Source of the DNA: Patescibacteria group bacterium | GTDB lineage: Bacteria > Patescibacteriota > Patescibacteriia > UBA2196 | DNA length: 64,000 nt | Direction of reading: 5' to 3' | Assembly (NCBI GenBank): GCA_036845805.1 | Contig: DAIUDD010000002.1 | Coordinates: forward strand, 55,868-119,867 | Shown: one piece after another, positions 19,091-28,098 of the stretch | How the letters are laid out: every line of letters starts with the position of its first letter | Numbering within the stretch: the first letter of the stretch is position 1 | Program-made: the position numbers and the translations under genes | Notes under the pieces: model-generated | The model's input: the letters and a program-made list of their open reading frames with translations, nothing else | Told to the model about the DNA's origin: nothing | Databases searched by the model: none

Positions 19091-19657
19091 TTATTCCGAT
19101 GGTGGCCGACCCGGTCCCTTCTTTTTCCATTTATTAATTAATAAAAATAATATCACCGGCGCTACCAGCCAAAGCCAATGTGCTAGGTCAGTATTTAAAA
19201 TATTTTGGCTTAAACCAGAAAATTTTTGCAATACTTCTAAAGGTAAAAAGGTGGCCGATAATGATAATAATAAACCAACATTAATAATCCCCAAAACAGT
19301 ACCTTGAAATACTCGACTAATAAAACCGCCAAAAATACCGGCTAATAAATGGGCGCGGGAAAAAATAATCGCCAAAAATAATGAGCATCCAAAAAAACCG
19401 CCCACTTTAATTAAAACCAGTTGCTCTAAGGAAACATGACTTAACCAAAGTTGATAGGGAAAAAACAAAACTAACAAATAGCTACTATAAATACCAAAAG
19501 TCCAGGACACAATTTTGTCGCGTTGTAATAAAAAAATATTAGCCAAAATGCTAAGGGCAAAAAATAACAACAAAATTAAATCCGCGGAATTAGCCGACCA
19601 ATTTAATTGGTTAAGTGATTGATTTAAATTTGGCAGATTAACGACAATTGATAACAT
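19091..19657 (-). CDS. Small polytopic membrane protein, possibly CvpA-like
   Basis: Four predicted TM segments; Gly-rich GIFGGFISRVFQG segment. Confidence 0.4.
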   Translation of the reverse strand: MLSIVVNLPNLNQSLNQLNWSANSADLILLLFFALSILANIFLLQRDKIVSWTFGIYSSYLLVLFFPYQLWLSHVSLEQLVLIKVGGFFGCSLFLAIIFSRAHLLAGIFGGFISRVFQGTVLGIINVGLLLSLSATFLPLEVLQKFSGLSQNILNTDLAHWLWLVAPVILFLLINKWKKKGPGRPPSE

Positions 19658-19733
19658 AAATTTTATTCACAGTCTTATTATAACATATTTTTAAAAAACT
19701 GTCAGAAAATGACAGTTTTTTAATTTTCCTTAA

Positions 19734-20858
19734 TTAAATAATTTCTTCTTTTAACTCTTCTAATATTTTTTTGGCCTTGCGCGACAAGCGACTCGGCGTT
19801 TTAACAAAAACTTCCACCAACATATCACCCCGCCGGCTCGGCCGATTTAATTCGGGCACGCCTTTATCTTTTAAGATAAATATTTTGCCGGATTCCGTAC
19901 TTTCCGGAATTTTTAAAATTACTGGCCCGTCAACCGTTTCCACCTCCACTTTATCGCCCAAACTGGCTTGAACAATATTTAGATTAATTTTAGTTAAAAT
20001 ATTTTGTCCTTGACGAATAAATTTCCTATCAGGTCTAATCTGAAAAGAAACATATAAATTACCCGCGCTCGTGCCTTTGGGACCAACATGACCCTGACCA
20101 GCTATTTTAATTTCTTGATTTTCATCAATCCCGGCCGGAATGGTAATTTTAATTTCTCTTTTATTTCTCACCCGGCCTTGGCCATGACATCTATTACAAA
20201 ATTTCTCTGGTTTTTTACCAGTGCCATCACAAGTCTGACAAATTACTTCAGTGGCAAAAACACCAAAAAAAGTTTGCTGAGTTTGCTGTTTTTTACCGCG
20301 GCCATGACATTCGGGACAAGTAATAATTTTACTGCCCGGTTCAGCGCCAGAGCCAGTGCATTTATCACACACATCTTGTTTATCTAAAACAATAATTTTT
20401 TCCGCCCCAAAAATCGCTTCTTTAAAATCAATGGCTAGTTGAATTTGAATGTCCTCGCCAACTTTTTGTTTGGCCCGACTACGGCTGCGGGCACCACCAA
20501 ATAAATCACCAAATAAATCGCCCAGATCAAATTCTTCGCCATTAAAAGAAAAATTGCCGGAGTTAAAACCGCCCTGGCCACTGGCTCTGGCAAAATCTTG
20601 CCAATTGAACCCGCCAAAACCTTGCCCACCACTAAAACCACTAGCATTATTAAAAGTCTGGCCAAACTGGTCATATTGCTTGCGCTTTTCTTCATTGCCC
20701 AAAACCTGATAAGCCTCGTTTATTTCTTTAAACTTGGCTTCATTGCCGCTTTTTTTATCTGGATGATACTCATGGGCTAACTTACGAAATGCTTTTTTGA
20801 TTTCATCTTGCGAGGCAGATTTGGACACACCTAATATTTGATAATAGTCTTTGGACAT
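19734..20858 (-). CDS. dnaJ: Chaperone DnaJ
   Basis: J-domain (DYYQILGV...HPDK), G/F-rich linker, four CxxCxGxG zinc-finger repeats; start set at MSKDYY. Confidence 0.9.
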   Translation of the reverse strand: MSKDYYQILGVSKSASQDEIKKAFRKLAHEYHPDKKSGNEAKFKEINEAYQVLGNEEKRKQYDQFGQTFNNASGFSGGQGFGGFNWQDFARASGQGGFNSGNFSFNGEEFDLGDLFGDLFGGARSRSRAKQKVGEDIQIQLAIDFKEAIFGAEKIIVLDKQDVCDKCTGSGAEPGSKIITCPECHGRGKKQQTQQTFFGVFATEVICQTCDGTGKKPEKFCNRCHGQGRVRNKREIKITIPAGIDENQEIKIAGQGHVGPKGTSAGNLYVSFQIRPDRKFIRQGQNILTKINLNIVQASLGDKVEVETVDGPVILKIPESTESGKIFILKDKGVPELNRPSRRGDMLVEVFVKTPSRLSRKAKKILEELKEEII

Positions 20859-20876
20859 AAAATAATAAATAATAAT

Positions 20877-21376
20877 TTCCAAGATACAATTTCCCCGCCC
20901 GCATCGCCTTGCAAAGCATGGCGGACAGGCAATTTCCAAATAAAATTCAAATTTCAAATTATAAATTATTTTTCTCTTTTTTAATAATAATTGATGATAA
21001 TATATTTTTTAATTCTATAGCTTCTTGTTTTAGATTCTGCATTCGAGGAGAAAATTCAGGATTAGCTTCTTCTATAATTTCTAACCAATGTAAGGTTTCT
21101 TTGCATTCTTTGCGAGCTATTTTCATGCGATGAATAAAATCTTTGTTACCTAAGGCGTCATTAGCTTCCCGATAATTAGCTCCTATAGAGCCAGCGGATC
21201 TAATTATTTGACTAATTAAAGGTCTGTTAATTTCATCTTTTGATAATTCCCTACACAACCTAACAGTTCTTTTAGCAAAATCAGTAGTTCTTTGTTCTAA
21301 ATTGTATCCGGAATAATCCATAAATTTTATTTTGGATATTGTTATTTGAAATTTATTTGGAAATTGTATCTTGGAA
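20877..21376. mobile_element. Cassette bounded by perfect 18-bp inverted repeats (ttccaagatacaatttcc / ggaaattgtatcttggaa) carrying a four-helix-bundle protein gene
   Basis: 18/18 inverted repeats at 20877-20894 and 21359-21376 verified by eye; right end followed by tandem ggaaattg units. Confidence 0.5.
20959..21321 (-). CDS. Four-helix-bundle protein (TIGR02436-type, the family found in 23S rRNA intervening sequences)
   Basis: SIGANYREANDA...KDFIHRMKIARKECKETLHWLEII is the signature of this family. Confidence 0.75.
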   Translation of the reverse strand: MDYSGYNLEQRTTDFAKRTVRLCRELSKDEINRPLISQIIRSAGSIGANYREANDALGNKDFIHRMKIARKECKETLHWLEIIEEANPEFSPRMQNLKQEAIELKNILSSIIIKKEKNNL

Positions 21377-21388
21377 ATTGGAAATTGT

Positions 21389-21676
21389 CTACTCACCCTT
21401 AAATCCTAACTCTTTTTCCGGTGCCATCGCTTCTTCTATTTTACCAAAATTATTTTCATATTTTTCTAAATTTTCTTTAAGCGCCGCAATCATCCTTTTC
21501 ATGTGCGCTGGGTTGGTAATAATTTTAGCGGCCACACGGCCAGATGGTGGTAAAACATTCATGTAGGTTAAAACAAATTCCTCTTTGCTATGAGAAACTT
21601 GCATAGCATTGGCATATTCGCCACCAGGAAAATTATCTTGGATTTTAATTTCTTGAGGTTGGTTTGGATTAGGCAT
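21389..21676 (-). CDS. DUF3467-family protein
   Basis: GEYANAMQVSHSKEEFVLTYMNV...AKIITNPAHMKRMIAALKENLEKYE closely matches the DUF3467 consensus as I remember it. Confidence 0.55.
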   Translation of the reverse strand: MPNPNQPQEIKIQDNFPGGEYANAMQVSHSKEEFVLTYMNVLPPSGRVAAKIITNPAHMKRMIAALKENLEKYENNFGKIEEAMAPEKELGFKGE

Positions 21677-21686
21677 AAAAATTATT

Positions 21687-21971
21687 TTAATTATTATTTT
21701 TTTTAAAAATTCCTGGTAGGTATTTTAACCAATTGAGATGCAAAAGCAAATGAATAAAAATTAAAGCCAACATAGTCCAACCACTCCAATTGTGCAAGTC
21801 TTCCCAAAAATGTCGACTGCCACCTAAAAAATTAGCAGTTAAATAATTGGGGTTGCGACCGCCCTGAAAACCTTGGGGTAAAAAATATAAAGCCGCGCTG
21901 GAAATTAAAACCAAAATAAAATCGATAAAAGAAATAATATTAACAAAAGCATTAAATTTGATTTTCGACAT
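21687..21971 (-). CDS. Small membrane protein (94 aa)
   Basis: Two hydrophobic helices; ORF only. Confidence 0.45.
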   Translation of the reverse strand: MSKIKFNAFVNIISFIDFILVLISSAALYFLPQGFQGGRNPNYLTANFLGGSRHFWEDLHNWSGWTMLALIFIHLLLHLNWLKYLPGIFKKNNN

Positions 21972-22015
21972 AAAATTTTATTTTTAATTTAAAAAATTTA
22001 TTTCCTTTGCATCCG

Positions 22016-22130
22016 TAGGGACAGGTTTGAAACCTGTCCCTACAAAATAATTTTTATAGTGGAGACGGGTTTGGTATTATCCCGCGATTAGTGGGACCAC
22101 CAAACCCAAGGTTGCGAACTGTCCCTACGA
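22016..22130. repeat. Family-3 palindromic element (gtagggacaggtttgaaacctgtccctac ... gaactgtccctac) upstream of dnaK
   Basis: Perfect 12-bp stem; related copies at 27590-27613 and in-frame at 61433-61460. Confidence 0.6.
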
Positions 22131-22241
22131 AAAATAACATTAAAATTGTCATCCTGAACTTGTTTCAGGATCTCTCTATATAAAATTTTTTTTAAAATAA
22201 TGAGATGCCGAAATAAATTCGGCATGACAAAACATATAGTA

Positions 22242-24158
22242 TTATTTCTTCACTTCCTCAAAATCAGCTGGTTCTGCTTTCGACTCTTCACCACCTGCTG
22301 TTTGTTCACCAGCATTTTCTGTTGCTTTATCTGTTGGCTGTTGACTGCTGGTTGCCTGTTGCTGCTTATACATGGCTTCCCCAATCTTTTGTGCGGCAGT
22401 AGAAAGTTCTTCAGTAGCTTTTTTAATTGCTTCCACATCTTCACCGCCTTTTACTTTATTTAAAACATCTAATTTTTCCTGAACATCTTTTTTAATGTTT
22501 TCCTCAACTTTATCACCAGCATCTTTCAGAGCTTTCTCAGTGGTATAGCTTAAAGTATCAGCCATGTTTTTGACTTCGATCATTTCTTTTTTCTTTTTGT
22601 CATCTTCAGCATGAGCTTCAGCTTCTTTCTTCATCTTTTCGATTTCATCTTTTGATAAACCTGTAGAAGCTGTAATAGTAATATGTTGTTCTTTACCCGT
22701 GGCTTTGTCTTTGGCTTTAACATTTAAAATACCATTGGCATCAATATCAAAAGAAACTTCAATTTGGGGTATGCCCCGAGGAGAAGGCATAATGCCATCT
22801 AAAATAAATCGGCCTAAGGTTTTATTATCAGTAGCCATTGGGCGTTCACCTTGCAAAACATGAATTTCAACTGATGGCTGATTATCCGCAGCTGTAGAAA
22901 AAACTTGCGATTTAGAAGTTGGAATGGTGGTATTTCTTTCAATCAAAGGGGTGGAAACACCGCCCAAAGTTTCAATACCTAAAGTCAATGGTGTCACATC
23001 TAAAAGCAAAACATCTTTAACATCACCCTGCAAAACACCGGCTTGCACAGCAGCGCCAGCCGCCACCACTTCATCTGGATTAACTGTCATGTTGGGTTTT
23101 TTGCCAAAAAACTTTTCTACTGTTTGTTGCACTAATGGCATGCGAGTCATACCACCGACCATTACCACTTCTTCAATATCACCAACTTTTAAACCAGCGT
23201 CAGAGAGGGCTTTTTTGGTTGGCTCTAAAGTGCTTTCAACCAAATCACCAACCAATTCTTCGAGTTTGGCGCGAGATAATTTTAATAATAAATGCTTTGG
23301 TCCGTCGGAGCCAGAAGTAATAAACGGTTGATTAATTTCCGTATCACCGGCAGTGGACAATTCAATTTTGGCTTTTTCTGCGGCTTCTTTAACACGTTGC
23401 AGGGCCATTGGATCTTTGCTTAAATCAATGCCTTCGGTCTTTTTAAACTCATCTAAAATCCAATTCATAATTCTTTGATCAAAATCATCACCACCAAGAT
23501 GAGTATCACCATTAGTTGATTTTACTTCCACTGTATCAGCTGAAATATCCAATATAGAAATATCAAAAGTACCACCGCCCAAATCATAAACAGCAATTTG
23601 TTGACCTTTTTTCTTATCAAAACCATAGGCCAAAGCCGCAGCAGTTGGTTCATTAATAATTCTTTTAACAGTTAAGCCAGCAATTTCTCCTGCTTCTTTA
23701 GTGGCTTGCCTCTGCGCATCATCAAAATAGGCTGGCACAGTGATCACTGCTTCAGTAATTTTTTCACCTAATTTTTCTTCGGCATCTGCTTTTAATTTGC
23801 CTAAAACCATGGCAGAAATTTCTTGCGGCGTATAATCTTTGCCGCTCATTTCCACTTTCACACCAGCGCCTGATTGTTTAATTTTAAATGGCATGGACTT
23901 TAAATCTCTTTGCACTTCTTCATCTTCAAATCGACGGCCAATTAAACGTTTAATAGAAAAAAGAGTGTTAGTTGGATTGGTAACGGCTTGACGTTTAGCT
24001 AAAAGACCAACTAATCTTTCACTAGCTTTATTAATAGCTACAATTGAAGGCGTAGTACGATTGCCTTCCTTATTTTCTAAAATTTTTGGCGCGCCACCTT
24101 CCATAATAGCCATACAGGAATTAGTGGTGCCAAGATCAATACCTAATATTTTTGACAT
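22242..24158 (-). CDS. dnaK: Chaperone DnaK (Hsp70)
   Basis: [19 protein letters not shown] and the full Hsp70 architecture. Confidence 0.95.
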   Translation of the reverse strand: MSKILGIDLGTTNSCMAIMEGGAPKILENKEGNRTTPSIVAINKASERLVGLLAKRQAVTNPTNTLFSIKRLIGRRFEDEEVQRDLKSMPFKIKQSGAGVKVEMSGKDYTPQEISAMVLGKLKADAEEKLGEKITEAVITVPAYFDDAQRQATKEAGEIAGLTVKRIINEPTAAALAYGFDKKKGQQIAVYDLGGGTFDISILDISADTVEVKSTNGDTHLGGDDFDQRIMNWILDEFKKTEGIDLSKDPMALQRVKEAAEKAKIELSTAGDTEINQPFITSGSDGPKHLLLKLSRAKLEELVGDLVESTLEPTKKALSDAGLKVGDIEEVVMVGGMTRMPLVQQTVEKFFGKKPNMTVNPDEVVAAGAAVQAGVLQGDVKDVLLLDVTPLTLGIETLGGVSTPLIERNTTIPTSKSQVFSTAADNQPSVEIHVLQGERPMATDNKTLGRFILDGIMPSPRGIPQIEVSFDIDANGILNVKAKDKATGKEQHITITASTGLSKDEIEKMKKEAEAHAEDDKKKKEMIEVKNMADTLSYTTEKALKDAGDKVEENIKKDVQEKLDVLNKVKGGEDVEAIKKATEELSTAAQKIGEAMYKQQQATSSQQPTDKATENAGEQTAGGEESKAEPADFEEVKK

Positions 24159-24238
24159 ATTTTTTAATAAGATGTCATTCCAAGCGAAGCGAGTAATTCC
24201 AGCTTCTTTGGAATAAATTAATTAATTATTATAATTTT

Positions 24239-24294
24239 GTAACTCCGGTCTTTAGACCGGATTGGATTTATCCGGATCTAAAAATCAGAGTTAC
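24239..24294. repeat. Family-5 palindromic element (gtaactccggtctttagaccggatt...gagttac)
   Basis: Copies also at 30276-30301 and in-frame at 61583-61613. Confidence 0.55.
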
Positions 24295-24596
24295 ATTAAT
24301 TTTTGATGTACCTCAATCACATCGTCAATGGTTACCGGTCCCGAATTTCTAAATTTATTAACTTCCTCGGCGACTAAATCAGTTAACATGGCCGAACCAA
24401 CAATTCCAAAGGGCATTTCCGTAATTTGCGCCAAAAGCGAACTCTGACAAACATCACAGAAAAAATGAACCAGAACACCATTCTCAGTAAAATCTATAAT
24501 TTGGATTTTACGTGCCTCATATTTGGTAGCACAAACTGGGCATTGTTTGATTAGACGCAAAGAACCATTAATAATGTTTTTGTTTTTATTATCCAT
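24291..24596 (-). CDS. Hypothetical zinc-ribbon protein (CPVC...CDVC)
   Basis: Two CxxC pairs; ORF only. Confidence 0.45.
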   Translation of the reverse strand: MDNKNKNIINGSLRLIKQCPVCATKYEARKIQIIDFTENGVLVHFFCDVCQSSLLAQITEMPFGIVGSAMLTDLVAEEVNKFRNSGPVTIDDVIEVHQKLM

Positions 24597-24624
24597 AAAA
24601 AATTAAATTCTAAATTCGAAGCGC

Positions 24625-24662
24625 GAAATTCGAAATAAGATCATTAATGTATTTCGAATTTC
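24625..24662. promoter_or_regulatory. Operator-like perfect inverted repeat (gaaattcgaaata-N12-tatttcgaatttc) upstream of the zinc-ribbon gene
   Basis: 13-bp arms with a 12-bp spacer, 30-70 bp upstream of the 24596 start codon; an aaattcgaa direct repeat lies just before it. Confidence 0.35.
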
Positions 24663-24689
24663 TGATTTATAATTTCAAATTTTTATATT

Positions 24690-25109
24690 TTATTTTCTAA
24701 TCTTTACTTCGACACTCTTTGGTTTAACCCGTTCTTCTTTGGCTAAAGTAACTTTTAAAACTCCGTTTTCAAATTCGGCTTCTACTTTATCATTATCAAC
24801 TGCTGCCGGTAGCGCTACGGCACGATGAAAAGAACCAAAGCGAACCTCTTTGCGATAATAATTTTTTTCGTCAACCTCGGACTTGCTTTCTTCTCTTCCT
24901 TCAATTGTTAAAACGTCATTTTCCACGGCTACATTAATATTTTTGGGGTCATAGCCAGCCAAAGGACAAGAAACATAGACATTGTCTTTGTCTTGCCAAA
25001 CGTCAACGGCAGGCACAAAAGCATGACGATGAGTGGGCCAATCTAAAAAACGGTCCATGTCGTCAAAAAGGGGATCAATTGAAAGGGGGGTCCATTTAAT
25101 AAGTGACAT
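24690..25109 (-). CDS. Hsp20 / alpha-crystallin family small heat shock protein
   Basis: Alpha-crystallin domain (VENDVLTIEG...GVLKVTLAK). Confidence 0.85.
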   Translation of the reverse strand: MSLIKWTPLSIDPLFDDMDRFLDWPTHRHAFVPAVDVWQDKDNVYVSCPLAGYDPKNINVAVENDVLTIEGREESKSEVDEKNYYRKEVRFGSFHRAVALPAAVDNDKVEAEFENGVLKVTLAKEERVKPKSVEVKIRK

Positions 25110-25208
25110 ATATTTAACCTCGAGTTTGTGCTCTGGCTTAAAATAAATAAGCCCGGGAGCATAAACATATTAATTGTTTAAAATTACATCTTGTCTTTTG
25201 ATTATTAT

Positions 25209-25724
25209 TTATTTTACTACGACCATGGCTGGCACAATGACTCGGCCGTGTAATTTATAGCCATCGCTTAAAACTTTGACTATTTTATTTTCCATTTCTA
25301 TTGCTTTCTTAGTTTGGTTGTCGTCATCGTCTGGGTTTAGCTGTGTTTCATCCGTGTTTTCTACCGCTTCGTGTAATTCCGGGTTAAATTCTTCACCCAC
25401 TTGCGGCACGATTTCTTCCAAACCATTATCTTTTAAGACTCTGGCAAACTGATTTTTAATATTTTCAATTCCTTTAACCCAATTATTATCTTTTAAGCTA
25501 TCGGGGATGAAATTTAAAGAAGTTTTTAAATGATTATAAATAGGCAAAAGTTCAACGATAAAATTTAAAGTGGCAAATTTGGCAAAATCTTGTTTTTCAC
25601 GCGTGGTTTGTTTTTTTAAATTTTCATAATCAGCCAAAGCCCGCTTCCAGCCGTTTAAATTTTCCTCAGATTGAGCTTGTAATTTAGTTATTTCTTCGTG
25701 TTGAGGTTCATGTTTTGTATGCAT
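25209..25724 (-). CDS. grpE: Nucleotide exchange factor GrpE
   Basis: RALADYENLKKQTTREKQD ... GYKLHGRVIVPAMVVV; start placed at MHTKHE because the longer ORF runs into a repeat element. Confidence 0.85.
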   Translation of the reverse strand: MHTKHEPQHEEITKLQAQSEENLNGWKRALADYENLKKQTTREKQDFAKFATLNFIVELLPIYNHLKTSLNFIPDSLKDNNWVKGIENIKNQFARVLKDNGLEEIVPQVGEEFNPELHEAVENTDETQLNPDDDDNQTKKAIEMENKIVKVLSDGYKLHGRVIVPAMVVVK

Positions 25725-25738
25725 ATTTTTTTTAGAGA

Positions 25739-25841
25739 ATGTCATTCTGAGGAGCAAAGCGACGAAGAATCCCATATTATCCATGACTGACGGGCTTCCC
25801 TCGTCCCCCACTAGGTTTAGTGGGGGAATCGGAATGACATT
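25739..25841. mobile_element. Family-1 MITE-like palindromic element with terminal inverted repeats aatgtcattc / gaatgacatt, between hrcA and grpE
   Basis: About 103 bp; perfect 10-bp TIRs; internal hairpin cccccactaggtttagtggggg; the hrcA stop codon lies in the right TIR. Confidence 0.65.
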
Positions 25842-26529
25842 ATTTTAAGATATTCTTTACAAAATTTATTAATTCGACATTTTTTTGATAATTCATGCGC
25901 ATCGGACCAATAATGCCTAAGAGCACATTTTTTATTTTAATCATGACCGCGGAGCAGTCGCTTGAAAAATTATTGTCACGGCCGATTTTAATCACAGTTT
26001 CTTCTCTAACTTCTTCATAAACCCTTTTCATTACCTCATCCAAATGATCAATGACTGCAGAAAAATTACAAACCAGATCTACGTTATTAAATTCCGGCTG
26101 GGAAAAAAGATTAGCGAGCCCGGTATAATAGGAATCACCTGGCCCGAAACCAATAAAAACACCAAGTTCTGATTTTTCCGCTAAAATTTTGGCTAAATTT
26201 TTAATCTTTTGTGCTGAATCTTTAATGTCTTTAAAATTTTGAATATCTTTAATTAGTTGTTCTTTTTCCTTACCACTTAATTCGCTTTTTAAATCAATTT
26301 GTTCCGTCACATATTTTTTATAACCATATTCGGTGGGCACCCGGCCAGCAGAAATATGCGGCTGGAAAATATATCCAGCTTCTTCCAACTCCATCATATC
26401 GTTTCTAACAGTAGCCGAGGAAACGTCAATTTTATATTTGTCCACGATTAATTTAGACCCGACTGGTTCAGCTGTACGGATATATTCATCAATAATATTT
26501 TTAAATAATTCTTTTTGACGAGGGTGCAT
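25840..26529 (-). CDS. hrcA: Heat-inducible transcription repressor HrcA
   Basis: N-terminal winged helix (RTAEPVGSKLIV...VSSATVRNDM), typical length; a CIRCE operator lies upstream. Confidence 0.85.
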   Translation of the reverse strand: MHPRQKELFKNIIDEYIRTAEPVGSKLIVDKYKIDVSSATVRNDMMELEEAGYIFQPHISAGRVPTEYGYKKYVTEQIDLKSELSGKEKEQLIKDIQNFKDIKDSAQKIKNLAKILAEKSELGVFIGFGPGDSYYTGLANLFSQPEFNNVDLVCNFSAVIDHLDEVMKRVYEEVREETVIKIGRDNNFSSDCSAVMIKIKNVLLGIIGPMRMNYQKNVELINFVKNILK

Positions 26530-26532
26530 ATG

Positions 26533-26567
26533 TTAGAAACTAAGAAATTGAGAAATTAGAAACTAAG
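26533..26567. repeat. Family-6 short repeat, A-rich orientation (gttagaaactaagaaattgagaaattagaaactaag)
   Basis: 17-nt core identical to 12761-12777; inverted partner at 27653-27690. Confidence 0.6.
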
Positions 26568-26576
26568 GGTTCCAAG

Positions 26577-26650
26577 CTCCCCTCCTTTTCAAGGAGGGGC
26601 GATAGAGGTGATAGCCTCATCGGGGTGGTTAATAAATCGCCGATAGGCGG
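26577..26650. repeat. Family-2 palindromic element
   Basis: cccctccttttcaaggagggg + ggggtggttaataaatcgccgataggcgg. Confidence 0.7.
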
Positions 26651-26742
26651 ATAGTTTCCCTTTATTTCTCTTTTTCTTTATTTCTTAATTACTTTTTCAT
26701 TTATCCCCAACTTTTTTAATCTATTTCCATTATACAAAACAA

Positions 26743-26769
26743 TTAGCACTCGTGTCAAGCGAGTGCTAA
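26743..26769. promoter_or_regulatory. CIRCE operator (HrcA binding site) ttagcactc-N9-gagtgctaa
   Basis: Perfect match to the CIRCE consensus TTAGCACTC-N9-GAGTGCTAA, upstream of hrcA-grpE. Confidence 0.85.
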
Positions 26770-26780
26770 ATGGATTAGCA

Positions 26781-26945
26781 GTCCCCTCCTTTTGAAGGAG
26801 GGGCCTTAAGCCCGAAGGGCTAAGGTGGTGGTTATGGTATTTAGAATTAATTTTATCTTAATGTTATAACCACCCCCGTCTCTGCTTCGCAGAGTCGCCC
26901 GTTAATGTTTGCCGTTGTGGCAAACATTAACTTTAAAAGGAGGGG
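26781..26945. repeat. Composite family-2 palindromic elements (two hairpin modules plus the perfect hairpin gttaatgtttgcc-gttgt-ggcaaacattaac)
   Basis: cccctccttttgaaggagggg ... ggtggtggttat and, inverted, ataaccacccccgtctctg. Confidence 0.65.
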
Positions 26946-27062
26946 ATAAAAAGCTAATTTTAGCCAAAATTTCTATTAGCTATTGACATAATAATAATAA
27001 GATATAATGGTGACATAAATTTTTTAACTTTTTCACAAATCACAAATCAGGGAGGCAAAAAA

Positions 27063-27419
27063 ATGAAAGCCTACTGGATAGAGGGGTTTGGAATTTGTGT
27101 GCCATATGATTCTCAAAAACATCTCCAGTATATTTGCAAATTTATGGTGATGTCCACGCCCGACGGCAATATTATAATTGCCGGTCCTCAAAATACACAT
27201 CGCGCTCTGATGAAGGACGCGGAAAATTTGTTGGAGATGTTAAATTCTCGATCACCCAGATATCCTCTTTATGCTGGCGAGTGCGCCCGCGGTGGAAAAA
27301 TTAATTTATTTGATATGCTTTTTTCATCTGATTGGGAAAGCGTTGAATTTGGAGCGCACACCCCACAAAACATGCGCCTTGAAATTGTAAAAATTTTGGG
27401 ATTAATTACAAAAGCGTAA
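27063..27419 (+). CDS. Hypothetical protein (118 aa) in a self-contained high-GC cassette with its own promoter, RBS and terminator
   Basis: RBS gggagg; upstream ttgacataataataataag motif; downstream hairpin terminator 27456-27490; GC about 45%. Confidence 0.5.
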   Translation: MKAYWIEGFGICVPYDSQKHLQYICKFMVMSTPDGNIIIAGPQNTHRALMKDAENLLEMLNSRSPRYPLYAGECARGGKINLFDMLFSSDWESVEFGAHTPQNMRLEIVKILGLITKA

Positions 27420-27455
27420 CGGTCCCCAGAAATCGGGTGCGAAGATTCTTGTTAG

Positions 27456-27490
27456 CACATTTCCTTATGGAATGTGCTTTTTATTTTTTC
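27456..27490 (+). terminator. Terminator (gcacatttccttatggaatgtgc + T-run)
   Basis: Perfect 9-bp stem plus T-run. Confidence 0.65.
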
Positions 27491-27652
27491 AATTGTCATC
27501 CTGAACTTGATTTAGGATCTCCCAGAATAAGTTTGTCTCAGAGTAAGGGGGTGCTAAAATAAATTCAGTATAAAAATATAAATAAAAATGGACAGGTCGC
27601 GACCTGTCCCTACATCACACTTCATTATTCTCTGTTTATTACTTTTTTGCCA

Positions 27653-27690
27653 CCCTTAATTTCCAATTTCTTAATTTCTAGTTTCTATTG
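27653..27690. repeat. Family-6 short repeat, T-rich orientation
   Basis: Reverse complement reads caatagaaactagaaattaagaaattggaaattaaggg; overlaps the rnhA stop codon. Confidence 0.55.
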
Positions 27691-28091
27691 TCAATCGCCT
27701 CATTTACCAGCTTATCTGCCAGTTTATTTTGTTCGCGAGGAACATGTTTAAAAATTATCTTTTTAAAACTTTGGCGTAAATTAAAAATTTTAATAAAACT
27801 ATCTTGAAAATCAGGATTTTTTAATTTATATTGGCCATTAATTTGTTTGCAAACAAGTTCGGAATCCAAGCGCACCTCGACTTCAGTGACGCCAAGTTTT
27901 TTTGCTTCTTCCAAGCCCAAAACCACAGCTTTATATTCTGCTTGATTATTGGTTGTTTCGCCAATATATTTTTTGTGTAGATACAAAGGTTTGGTTAAAT
28001 TTTTGGCATCAAAAATCACCGCGCCAATGCCAGCGGGCCCTGGGTTGTTACGAGCGCCACCGTCAGTATAAATGATAAGTTTTTTATTCAT
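27678..28091 (-). CDS. rnhA: Ribonuclease HI
   Basis: IYTDGGARNNPGPAGIG...NNQAEYKAV...HVPREQNKLADKLVNEA (DEDD catalytic residues in the canonical order). Confidence 0.85.
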   Translation of the reverse strand: MNKKLIIYTDGGARNNPGPAGIGAVIFDAKNLTKPLYLHKKYIGETTNNQAEYKAVVLGLEEAKKLGVTEVEVRLDSELVCKQINGQYKLKNPDFQDSFIKIFNLRQSFKKIIFKHVPREQNKLADKLVNEAIDNRN

Positions 28092-28098
28092 AGTTTGA

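Noticed and set aside
20859-20957. N-terminal 33-aa extension of the dnaJ ORF, and similar extensions of grpE (25725-25811), the four-helix-bundle gene (21322-21396) and the VirD4-like gene (12741-12821)
   Set aside because: The extensions are translations of repeat elements or low-complexity spacer. Conserved protein starts (MSKDYYQILGV and the others) are internal and have better context.
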